Shown: positions 28,153 to 35,928 of the stretch, one piece after another
Position numbering within the stretch: position 1 is the first letter of the stretch
How the letters are laid out: the number at the start of each line of letters is the position of its first letter
From: a virus
Taxonomy: Duplodnaviria; Heunggongvirae; Uroviricota; Caudoviricetes
Direction: 5' to 3' (one strand)
DNA: 55,222 bases
Virus record (IMG/VR): IMGVR_UViG_3300039452_000031
Notes under the pieces: model-generated
What the model was told of the DNA's origin: nothing
Databases searched by the model: none
What the model saw: only the letters and a program-made list of their open reading frames with translations
Translations under genes and position numbers: made by a program

Positions 28153-29465
28153 GTGAGGAACTTCTTCTTGTGAAACTCTTCATAGCGCCTGATGATGGTC
28201 TCGTAGTGGCCCAGACCCTCTGGTGTATGCTTGGTTTTGCGTTCGAACAAGCTCTTGGTCTTCTTAGGCTTCCACTCACGGTAACCCTTCTGGATGACCT
28301 CCTCCAGATAAGAGACCGCACGGGCTAGAAGCTCATAGCGACCAGCAGGGAGCCATTGGTCAGCCAGAGTGCGAAGGGTACATTTACCATCCAAGTAGAC
28401 CTGCACGGAATCCACGATTAGGTTCTTAGTCTCGATTGCGTTCCAAATGTTGTGGCACTCCATGACCACTGTGTTCAAGAACAGGCGTTGGTCAGTAACT
28501 GTCCGACACAGAGGGCAGCGGCAGGTCGTACCGACAGGCGTCAACTGGGTACGAACCACGTCATCCGATCTTGCCCCCTTACCACCAAGACCGTAGTTGT
28601 ATGTCCCGTTGATCGATGACATGCGGAAGCTCACGCTGTCGCCACCGCAACGCTCGACGTAACCGGTGCCGACCATGATCGCGTATAGGATGAACCAGAA
28701 GTTGGAGGTCACACCCAGGAAGTGAAAATACTTCGTGTCCTTCCGGACGTGATCAATAACTGCCAGACCGTTGGTCAGAGCCGTCATGATCTTCTGGAAA
28801 CTATCGCCCTCGACCAGCGTGTTCAGACCTGCGATGGCAACCACAGGGGACTTGCGCTTCAGACCATCAATTCGACGCAAACGGTTTGACACATTCGAGC
28901 CGTGGCTGACCAGCGCAAGCACTCGACCCTTCTCAAGGAGGGGTTCCATATACTGGTCGTTGGCCCTCATCATCTTCGTCACCGCGTCAAAGTAGTAGGG
29001 CTCCACGTCTGAGGGCAGCGGCAAGTCCAAGGGCATGCAAATCGTGGCATGCTGGTTGTAGAACTCGACCAGGTTGTCGGGATCGATGAAGTCGGCCGTA
29101 CCCCGCAGCATCTGGAAGCCACCAGAGTCCACGATCACCTGCTTCACCCAGGGTTGAAGACTTAGATCGTAGGTTCCCTTAGTATGATACGGGTTGATCA
29201 GAACGATGGGTTCCTTAACTACCTCAGGCGACAAAAGGGGAACCACTTGGTCAAAGGGCCCCAGGTTGTCGATCAGCGTCTTTTTGCCCGAATTGAGAGC
29301 CGCCAAGTAAACCGTACGATCAGGAAGACCGATCACCTGCAGATTCGTTCGATATCGAGTGAGGCCTAGCTTCTTAGGCCTACCGAACTTAACGTAGGCT
29401 GTCAATTGATTCTTCGACCACGCCTCGACACCGGCTGGTACTAGATGAACACGGTCACGGAGCAT
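28149..29465 (-). CDS. dpdA: TGT-family transglycosylase, probably DNA-directed DpdA (7-deazaguanine insertion)
   Basis: DSGGFQ, PLDLP, SHG, HFLGV, GDSVS and Zn site CRCPLC...HN; sits among folE/queD/queE in a phage. Confidence 0.85.
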   Translation of the reverse strand: MLRDRVHLVPAGVEAWSKNQLTAYVKFGRPKKLGLTRYRTNLQVIGLPDRTVYLAALNSGKKTLIDNLGPFDQVVPLLSPEVVKEPIVLINPYHTKGTYDLSLQPWVKQVIVDSGGFQMLRGTADFIDPDNLVEFYNQHATICMPLDLPLPSDVEPYYFDAVTKMMRANDQYMEPLLEKGRVLALVSHGSNVSNRLRRIDGLKRKSPVVAIAGLNTLVEGDSFQKIMTALTNGLAVIDHVRKDTKYFHFLGVTSNFWFILYAIMVGTGYVERCGGDSVSFRMSSINGTYNYGLGGKGARSDDVVRTQLTPVGTTCRCPLCRTVTDQRLFLNTVVMECHNIWNAIETKNLIVDSVQVYLDGKCTLRTLADQWLPAGRYELLARAVSYLEEVIQKGYREWKPKKTKSLFERKTKHTPEGLGHYETIIRRYEEFHKKKFLT

Positions 29466-30591
29466 GAGCCAGTTCCTTCAGGCAATCAGTAATCGCAAAC
29501 AGGGGATACTTGTCATAGTACGCAGCCCTAGCCTTAAGGAGCTGCTCATTTACGCCCCTGGTCATCAAGTATTCCAAACCTCGGATCTGTTCATCGTAGC
29601 CGATATGGGGATCGAACAGCATACGCTGAGTCAGGGGTTCGGAATCCAGATTCACCAGCTCAGGGTGAGAGGCATTGTTCTTGAGGTAGGGAACGCAACC
29701 GTACCGCATAGCTTCTACAACGCAGTAACCGAAGCTCTCTTCGCGCGAGTGAGAAACCATGACCTTGGAAGTCGCGAGCATATGATGGTACTCACGCTTG
29801 GTCAACCCTTCATGGATCTCCAGCACACCAGCCTTCTCGTAGGCGCGTGCTTTGGCTACCAATGCAGGATCGTTGGAGCGGAATTCCTTGCGACCCGTAC
29901 AGATGGCAAACTCCCAATCCGGGTGAGCTTGGTGAGCACGCAGGAAAAGCTCTAAGGTTTGCTCGACATCCTTCTCAGAGTCAAAGCGGTTAGTCAGCAA
30001 AATGCGGTTACACCGCTCAAGCGTTCCGAAATCCTCATATTGGGAAGCGAATGTTGGATTACCGGTAACCAGAATTCGGTTTTCGAGTTTAACGACGTTG
30101 CTAATGTGGAGACGCCGTTCTGTAACGGCCTTCTTGTGGTACTCAGAGCCGACAAAGACGCGATCCATGGCAGCGATCCAGCCCACTTCTGTGTAGCGCT
30201 GGTAAGGTGCGGCGATTTCAAACGCATCACCCTTGGTATACGAGGCAGCGTGAAGGAAGCCCGTCAGCTTCACCTTCACCTTGTTCATATCCGCCATCAA
30301 GCGAACAGCCTCAATGCCCCAGAACTCGATATCACCAAAGAAAAAGACCGTACCGTCCTTCACCTGCTTGGTGTGGAACAAGCGGGCGATCTTCTGCATC
30401 TGGCTAGATTTGAAGGCCACGGTTGAGTTGATGTCCAAAAAGGTTCCGACCTCGACATGGTTACTCAACGGTTCACCTTCGATGACTGTCACGTCGAAGC
30501 CAGCCTTGATGAACTCCTTCGGAAACTCTGAAGCCCACTGCGCGGTGTATCGTTCTTGAAGAGACTCAATAGGGACCCATACCAAGTTCAT
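29455..30591 (-). CDS. GT-B fold glycosyltransferase (GT4-like) adjacent to dpdA
   Basis: TNRFDSEKD and SREESFGYCVVEAMRYG (E-x7-E) motifs; ATG at 30591 follows the upstream stop. Confidence 0.88.
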   Translation of the reverse strand: MNLVWVPIESLQERYTAQWASEFPKEFIKAGFDVTVIEGEPLSNHVEVGTFLDINSTVAFKSSQMQKIARLFHTKQVKDGTVFFFGDIEFWGIEAVRLMADMNKVKVKLTGFLHAASYTKGDAFEIAAPYQRYTEVGWIAAMDRVFVGSEYHKKAVTERRLHISNVVKLENRILVTGNPTFASQYEDFGTLERCNRILLTNRFDSEKDVEQTLELFLRAHQAHPDWEFAICTGRKEFRSNDPALVAKARAYEKAGVLEIHEGLTKREYHHMLATSKVMVSHSREESFGYCVVEAMRYGCVPYLKNNASHPELVNLDSEPLTQRMLFDPHIGYDEQIRGLEYLMTRGVNEQLLKARAAYYDKYPLFAITDCLKELAHAP

Positions 30592-30592
30592 T

Positions 30593-30979
30593 TCAAATCT
30601 CCTTGTCACCCGCAAAGTCATCCGGATAGGTGTGGTGGCAGGCAGCCATTGGAAACACGAACACACGACGGTCGCGTTCGAACTTGATCTGGTCGAACAC
30701 TGAAAGCTTCTCGACCTCAGCATAGCTCGGATCGCGCAGCATCAACATGACATTGTTGGGCCTCGGACCTGTGACCTTCGTGACCTCTACAGTGGCGACC
30801 AAGGGTGCGATTTGCATGCCCGTCAGGTCGTAGTCCAACTTGTTTTCCTTGTCCGATATATAGAGGTGGTCAACCCCTCGGTCAAGAGCTTCGGTTATAG
30901 CGCAGCCTATCTCGTCAGCTTCACAGAAGATCATGGGCAGACCTTTGAACTGACCTTCGACTTCGATTCCGATCTTCAT
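30593..30979 (-). CDS. Hypothetical protein (128 aa) inside the modification operon
   Basis: ATGA overlap; begins MKIGIEVEGQFKGLPMIF. Confidence 0.7.
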   Translation of the reverse strand: MKIGIEVEGQFKGLPMIFCEADEIGCAITEALDRGVDHLYISDKENKLDYDLTGMQIAPLVATVEVTKVTGPRPNNVMLMLRDPSYAEVEKLSVFDQIKFERDRRVFVFPMAACHHTYPDDFAGDKEI

Positions 30980-31638
30980 GATTGGTACACCTTTCCTACA
31001 CACTCGATTCTGAAAGTCGTCGAATGGGCAGCAATATGGTTAACAAACTTCTCTAAGCTATCGAGCTTCAAGGCTTCACTCAATTCCTTTTGAGAAATGT
31101 CGGACTCTAGTGAGGTGTATTGGCCGGCCACGAACAGACCTTCATAGCGGTTAACCTCCAAGTAGTCCTTCTCGTGAATGTCCTCGAACAGATAGTAGGC
31201 AGCATCTGATTCCCATAGAGCAGATTGCGAGGGATAAAGGTTATTAAGGTACCACCGCTTGTCCTTAGCCAGGTCACCTAGAAACCTCCTCGTCCGGGAC
31301 TGACCAAGGTCAATTGAGTAGAAACGGAGTCGAGAAGGTTCGAAGTGAGTTCGAAGCCTGTTCACTGCCTGATGGTCCGGATGCGCGTCCTTACGGGAAG
31401 GGAGAAGCAACGTGCGGTCAGGTGCAATAGTGGTCAGGTAGTTGGCTTCAAAGTCCTTGATGCTAGTGAACACCGCTTGAAAGCCGAAGGCCCGGGCAGC
31501 GGTATCAGCTTCTGCCCTTCGCACCGAATCGTGCTCGAAGAAGTAGAACACGCGGTCGACGCGGTCGTTCTTCAAAATCGAGAAGCAACCAATTACCTCG
31601 TCATCTATATGTGGGGCTAGGATCGTGTAGAGGCTCAT
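30976..31638 (-). CDS. PIG-L/LmbE-family Zn-dependent N-deacetylase
   Basis: APHIDDEVIGC (HxDD) and AHPDH (HxDH) metal motifs. Confidence 0.9.
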   Translation of the reverse strand: MSLYTILAPHIDDEVIGCFSILKNDRVDRVFYFFEHDSVRRAEADTAARAFGFQAVFTSIKDFEANYLTTIAPDRTLLLPSRKDAHPDHQAVNRLRTHFEPSRLRFYSIDLGQSRTRRFLGDLAKDKRWYLNNLYPSQSALWESDAAYYLFEDIHEKDYLEVNRYEGLFVAGQYTSLESDISQKELSEALKLDSLEKFVNHIAAHSTTFRIECVGKVYQS

Positions 31639-32273
31639 GGTAGGTCCACTCCGTAGTGGATGCCATGATGCCAGTAATGAACGTGGCTACTTCGTGGGGG
31701 TGGGGCCTTGTCGGATACTTCCTTCAAGATTGCCTTCTCTTCGACGTACTCTTCCGAATACTTGATCTGGTACTTATGGATCGCGGCCCACACGTCAGCA
31801 TCGCCCCAATCGAAGAAAGGGAACACGAAGGTCATGCCAAACATGCTGTCGGGAACGACGAGGCGGAGATTCTGACGATTGACCGCTCTGCCACCCTCTA
31901 CAAAGTCGGCAGAGCGGTCGTTGCGGTCCTTCTCCGAAGTCCGCGAGCCATCGAACTGCAGGTTGTACTTCGGGTTGTGGCCGAGTTTGCGGGGCCATAG
32001 TTCGATAGCGAACGGCTGCTCGTAAAGGAACTCCAGCGTTCGAGGATGAATCGCGTTGTCACCGCCAGGCTTCGCCGTGTGAACGACAGGTAGGTTGGGG
32101 AAGATTTTGGAAACCAGCCAGTAGTTAACGACCGAGTCTTTACCACCGGAGTGACCGGTGCAGGCCTCATGGGCGTTCACCAGAACTTCTAGACCTTTCA
32201 GGCGCGACAGTGCGACCGAAACCTTGTCGTCGATAGTCTGAAGGGCGGCGATGACTTGCTTAGAAGTGATCAT
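31635..32273 (-). CDS. PAPS-reductase-family PP-loop (adenine nucleotide alpha-hydrolase) protein
   Basis: HSGGKDS PP-loop, DGSRTSE and PFFDWGDADVW motifs; no redox Cys motif. Confidence 0.85.
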   Translation of the reverse strand: MITSKQVIAALQTIDDKVSVALSRLKGLEVLVNAHEACTGHSGGKDSVVNYWLVSKIFPNLPVVHTAKPGGDNAIHPRTLEFLYEQPFAIELWPRKLGHNPKYNLQFDGSRTSEKDRNDRSADFVEGGRAVNRQNLRLVVPDSMFGMTFVFPFFDWGDADVWAAIHKYQIKYSEEYVEEKAILKEVSDKAPPPRSSHVHYWHHGIHYGVDLP

Positions 32274-32275
32274 GA

Positions 32276-32677
32276 TCAGGGCAGCGAAACGAGGTTGATG
32301 ATGGAACCGCACTCGCCATCTTCGGAGACTTCGACTTCGATGTGGCGGTGAGTGTAGCGGTTACCGATAGCGGTTGCCAGTTCCTGCGCAAGGGTCTCGC
32401 ACGACTTGTTGGAGGCCTCAAGCTGACCTTCAGTGTACAAGCTCTCAATCCAGTTCAGGAACTGGTGGAACTCAATCTCCCGCTCGTTGTGTTCGACGGT
32501 TATTGAAACCTTGAACTTGAAGAGGTGGCGGTGCCGGTCCTGCAGGTACGACACGTCTTCAGGTGCATTGGGGTAGCGGTGGTAACCCACGCGGCTGAAG
32601 GTAACCCAGATGCGCCGCTGGGCCACTTGATGATTGGTCTTCATTGCGGAATCAGAAGTTGAGTGAGCGTTAGCCAT
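32276..32677 (-). CDS. dpdL: QueD-like T-fold protein with an LxxxHRHxF motif, DpdL-like (proposed CDG decarboxylase); start may be the ATG at 32644
   Basis: YLQDRHRHLF, EIEFH, SCETLA and VEVSEDGE motifs; distinct from the canonical queD in the same operon. Confidence 0.7.
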   Translation of the reverse strand: MANAHSTSDSAMKTNHQVAQRRIWVTFSRVGYHRYPNAPEDVSYLQDRHRHLFKFKVSITVEHNEREIEFHQFLNWIESLYTEGQLEASNKSCETLAQELATAIGNRYTHRHIEVEVSEDGECGSIINLVSLP

Positions 32678-33069
32678 TTGTTTTCAGTCTCTGTATTTAC
32701 AGGTTGGGGAGGGTTGAGCATGACGGGCTTGATGCGGTGCACGAAGGTTCTGAGGGCAGCTGGCTGCCCGTCTGAGAGGTGAAGATTGGTATCCAACATC
32801 TTGGCCCCTCGATCCATCTGGATAACAAAAACTTGCGGATGTAGGATTTCCCGTATGGTGTACGAGTCCTGCTGGCGGCCAAAAGATACAACAGCATAGA
32901 GAGGGAATTGGCATCCCCACGCGAAGCTCCTCAACGAGGCTAGTCGATCTCGAACAGACTCCGACAGGAGGCCATCGATCCACAACAAGTAGTTGCCTAG
33001 TCGCTGTACTTGTCGATCAGAGCCTTCAGGTCCTTGACCTTCTTCAGAGGCATTGAGCAGGGGTCCCAT
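32641..33069 (-). CDS. Possible hypothetical protein filling the primase-dpdL gap; start uncertain
   Basis: Most protein-like frame in the gap; its TGA overlaps the ATG at 32644. Confidence 0.4.
   Translation of the reverse strand: MGPLLNASEEGQGPEGSDRQVQRLGNYLLWIDGLLSESVRDRLASLRSFAWGCQFPLYAVVSFGRQQDSYTIREILHPQVFVIQMDRGAKMLDTNLHLSDGQPAALRTFVHRIKPVMLNPPQPVNTETENKWLTLTQLLIPQ
32693..32702 (-). promoter_or_regulatory. Putative phage promoter motif CTGTAAATAC at the head of the modification operon
   Basis: Identical 10-mer at 51016-51025 upstream of another operon. Confidence 0.5.
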
Positions 33070-33959
33070 AGCTCCACTCCTTGTTGTTTAGCAGCCTTAG
33101 AGGGCTCGTCATCGTCCTTGAATTCCCAATACGGACTATCTTCGGCTGTCAGCGAGAAGACCTTCACCTTTACCAGCTTCGAAAGCAGCGGTCTCACCAA
33201 CTCTATAGCCCTCAGGCCTGCGTCGTCACCATCGAAGGCCAAGATGACGGTTTCGGCGCCAGTCATCTCAACTAGCTTGGACTTGGTCTCGGACCACGAC
33301 TGCGTCCCTAAGATAGCTATCGCCGGTATACCGTAAGATAGGAGACGCAACGCGTCACGCGGCCCCTCAACCAAGACCACTACCTTAGGTCGATTGCGAA
33401 CCGCGTGGTCATAGGGGAACAGTCCGTAGCGCTCGCTCCACTTGCCAGAGGAGTTGATGTACGAAGGCCGCCCATCTTCCTTCTTCATGCGGGCCGTGAT
33501 GTGGCCCCGAAGGTTGCCCTTGATGAAAACCGGTAGGTAAATGAATACCTTGCCGTAGGAGGATAGGGCCTTCTTACCACCTAGGTCATGTAGAAGGGCG
33601 GTACTTATGCCCCGCCAGCTCTTGCCTTCGGGGAGCCGTGAGTAGGTGTAGGTAACCTTAGGGCTTCCTTCCTTCTCCTCTCGGAGAATGGGGCGTGCGA
33701 ACTGCTGAGTCGGTGGAACGTATGTGAAGGGTTGGAGCCCTAGCTTGGGGGCCAGCTCGTCCCACTTGGCGGTCTGACCACACCCATAACATTTTCCAAA
33801 CCCAGGACTTTTGGAAGCCGAGGAGTGGAAGATGCGGAAGGAGGGCGTGCGTTCTGAGTGATAAGGGCAGGTAACAAACGTTGAGTCACCTACGCGTTTC
33901 TTCTGACCTGTGTAGCGATCAAGCTGATTGAGGATAAAATCAAGGCGACGAAGTTCCAC
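32997..33959 (-). CDS. dnaG: DnaG-type DNA primase (Zn-binding and TOPRIM domains)
   Basis: CPYHSERTPSF...CYGC; VEGPRDAL and AFDGDDAG; GGAG upstream of the GTG at 33959. Confidence 0.92.
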   Translation of the reverse strand: MELRRLDFILNQLDRYTGQKKRVGDSTFVTCPYHSERTPSFRIFHSSASKSPGFGKCYGCGQTAKWDELAPKLGLQPFTYVPPTQQFARPILREEKEGSPKVTYTYSRLPEGKSWRGISTALLHDLGGKKALSSYGKVFIYLPVFIKGNLRGHITARMKKEDGRPSYINSSGKWSERYGLFPYDHAVRNRPKVVVLVEGPRDALRLLSYGIPAIAILGTQSWSETKSKLVEMTGAETVILAFDGDDAGLRAIELVRPLLSKLVKVKVFSLTAEDSPYWEFKDDDEPSKAAKQQGVELWDPCSMPLKKVKDLKALIDKYSD

Positions 33960-34551
33960 GGAACAATCTCCGCTCCAAGGCATTGAAGCCCAAAAGGGTT
34001 GATGCGTGGGTTTGCCCCCACTTGTGCCATTTATAGACTAGGGTTTCGATGCTGAAGAACAGGGCGTCGTTCTCAAGCTTCGGGAACCTGTAGATCAGAA
34101 ACCTTAGGGGGTCGGTATCAAGAAGGGCTTGAAGATCGGATTCCTCTGTGGCCCACACGACATAGCAGGTCTCAGTATGTTGGTCTTGGACTCCCAAGAC
34201 AAAGACTTCAGAGGCGGCGACGAGAGCGAGACTCACATAGTTGGAGGTGTTGAGGTTCACGACCAGACCACGAAAGCCAGCATCACAGCCTTCGAGAAAA
34301 GCCCGTAGTTTCTCCTGATAGTTGGCACCCTCGGAGGCATCAACTGTGGCCATGAAGTCGGTGAAGTTCCCAAGGTCTGCACCATTCTCAGTCAGAAGCA
34401 GGACCTGCTTGTTACGGGTCGGGATGGAAAGTTTCCGACTAGCCCAGCCCTCGACATCGATGCCGCAGATGCCGCGACCCCAGTCAGCGAAGTGAGTGAA
34501 GGTAGGCAACGGCATCCGAGCTTTACCACTAAGAGAAAAGAAGCCTCTCAT
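33940..34551 (-). CDS. Hypothetical protein
   Basis: ORF in the replication operon, TAATG-coupled to the upstream gene. Confidence 0.65.
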   Translation of the reverse strand: MRGFFSLSGKARMPLPTFTHFADWGRGICGIDVEGWASRKLSIPTRNKQVLLLTENGADLGNFTDFMATVDASEGANYQEKLRAFLEGCDAGFRGLVVNLNTSNYVSLALVAASEVFVLGVQDQHTETCYVVWATEESDLQALLDTDPLRFLIYRFPKLENDALFFSIETLVYKWHKWGQTHASTLLGFNALERRLFRGTSSP

Positions 34552-34922
34552 TAGTGACTCCCTCTGATAGGGAACAACGTAGGTGTTCCAGTGGCTAGCG
34601 TACCGCCGTACGCCATGGTCAGCTCCAGAGGATGGTCAGGATCCACTGTGTTGAGGAACAAGTGGGCGATCTCCTCCTTGAGTCCTTTGGCACGAATCGG
34701 AACACACTTGATGAAGGTGCTATAGACCTCGGCTGGGAACTGGTGCATCTCGAAGCCCACCATAAGGTCGAGTTGAGCGATAAGAAACTGAAAACCTCCC
34801 GGAAGGTCGATTGCCATACCGCAGTAGACCTTGCTCAGACTAAGGTTCTCAACGATCCAGTAGTTGGTTTCCCATTCCCTATACGACCACATCGCCGATT
34901 TCCTTATATAGATCCACCCCAA
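34551..34922 (-). CDS. Hypothetical protein
   Basis: ORF overlapping the end of the polA C-terminal fragment. Confidence 0.6.
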   Translation of the reverse strand: MGWIYIRKSAMWSYREWETNYWIVENLSLSKVYCGMAIDLPGGFQFLIAQLDLMVGFEMHQFPAEVYSTFIKCVPIRAKGLKEEIAHLFLNTVDPDHPLELTMAYGGTLATGTPTLFPIRGSH

Positions 34923-35928
34923 GCAAAGGGAACCTATCGTTCAGAAGTTTCCGAACCTTCTTGTTCTTCCACGGCTCCATGATGGTGGCCATGATTTCCT
35001 CTTTGTTGCCGGTTAGGAGTTTGAGCTCCAGACCTTCAGTGACTGCCTTATCTAGATGGGCTACAAGCTCAGGCAAAGCCCATCCCCACTTGTGGCTAAG
35101 GGTGTCCTTGACGCCGACCTCAAGCTCAATCTCAGGCTCGATAGTGAACTTGAGACCGAATTCCTTCTCGTAGGTTTCTGCTATGCCGTAAGTGGCGTCA
35201 TACTGAAGGATGTGGATGAAAGGCAGAACCATAGCGTAGGGAACGCTTAGGTAGATAGCGTCGTGAACGATACGATTGAACTTGATTGGGAACTCACCTT
35301 CGAGGCCCAGCAACTCCTTAAGCTCCTCAAGCGTGTCGTAATAGGAGAGCATCATCATCCGCGAGGCCTTGACTGAAACCTCCGAAGCGAAGCCTTGAAT
35401 AGGTGCGTTCATACCTCGACGAACTTGACGGGCGACAATCTTCTTGTCTTCCGTCATGGCTGCGTATAGGTGCCGAATCTTGCCCAAAGGCGAGAAGACG
35501 TAGAACTTCTCCTTAGCCATCGTAGACATGCGCTCCAACCATTTCGCGCCATTCTGAAACTCAGTCATGAGCTTGTCGATGATTAACTGAGCCTTTTCAG
35601 AACGATCCTCCTCAAGAAGAGCCTCATATTCGGCTTCCAGTTTCTCAAGTGTTGCCGTATCTTTAGCTTTATGGGCCTCACCCATCTTGGCCTTCAAAAC
35701 ATCCAGCTCGGCCTTCTTGGTATCGTTACCAAGAGTTTCCGCCCCTTTGCCGTAGATGACCCCGAAGACCACAGCTTTCACAGCATCACGAAGGGGGTCA
35801 GACTTTTCGACCCACTTACCAAAAAAGCGCTTCACGTTCTGAATGTGAACGTCGCCTTCCTTTTTAATACGGTCTGTCAAAGCCGAAGCTATGAGAACAA
35901 GTTTTGCAGCTTTGATAAGGGAGCTCAT
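34879..35928 (-). CDS. polA: Family A DNA polymerase, C-terminal fragment (motifs B and C)
   Basis: GDVH, motif B RDAVKAVVFGVIYG, NAPIQG and motif C IVHDA; the ATG at 35928 overlaps the endonuclease stop. Confidence 0.9.
   Translation of the reverse strand: MSSLIKAAKLVLIASALTDRIKKEGDVHIQNVKRFFGKWVEKSDPLRDAVKAVVFGVIYGKGAETLGNDTKKAELDVLKAKMGEAHKAKDTATLEKLEAEYEALLEEDRSEKAQLIIDKLMTEFQNGAKWLERMSTMAKEKFYVFSPLGKIRHLYAAMTEDKKIVARQVRRGMNAPIQGFASEVSVKASRMMMLSYYDTLEELKELLGLEGEFPIKFNRIVHDAIYLSVPYAMVLPFIHILQYDATYGIAETYEKEFGLKFTIEPEIELEVGVKDTLSHKWGWALPELVAHLDKAVTEGLELKLLTGNKEEIMATIMEPWKNKKVRKLLNDRFPLLGVDLYKEIGDVVV

Noticed and set aside
28149-29465. Ordinary tRNA-modifying Tgt for queuosine
   Set aside because: No queC, queF or queA and no tRNA genes in the window. 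The sequence is divergent and the context matches phage DNA-modification clusters. A tRNA target is not formally excluded.
32684-32983. ORFs 32684-32983 and 32697-32897 as real genes
   Set aside because: They are alternative frames of the same gap; the 32641-33069 frame is more protein-like and couples to the next ATG.
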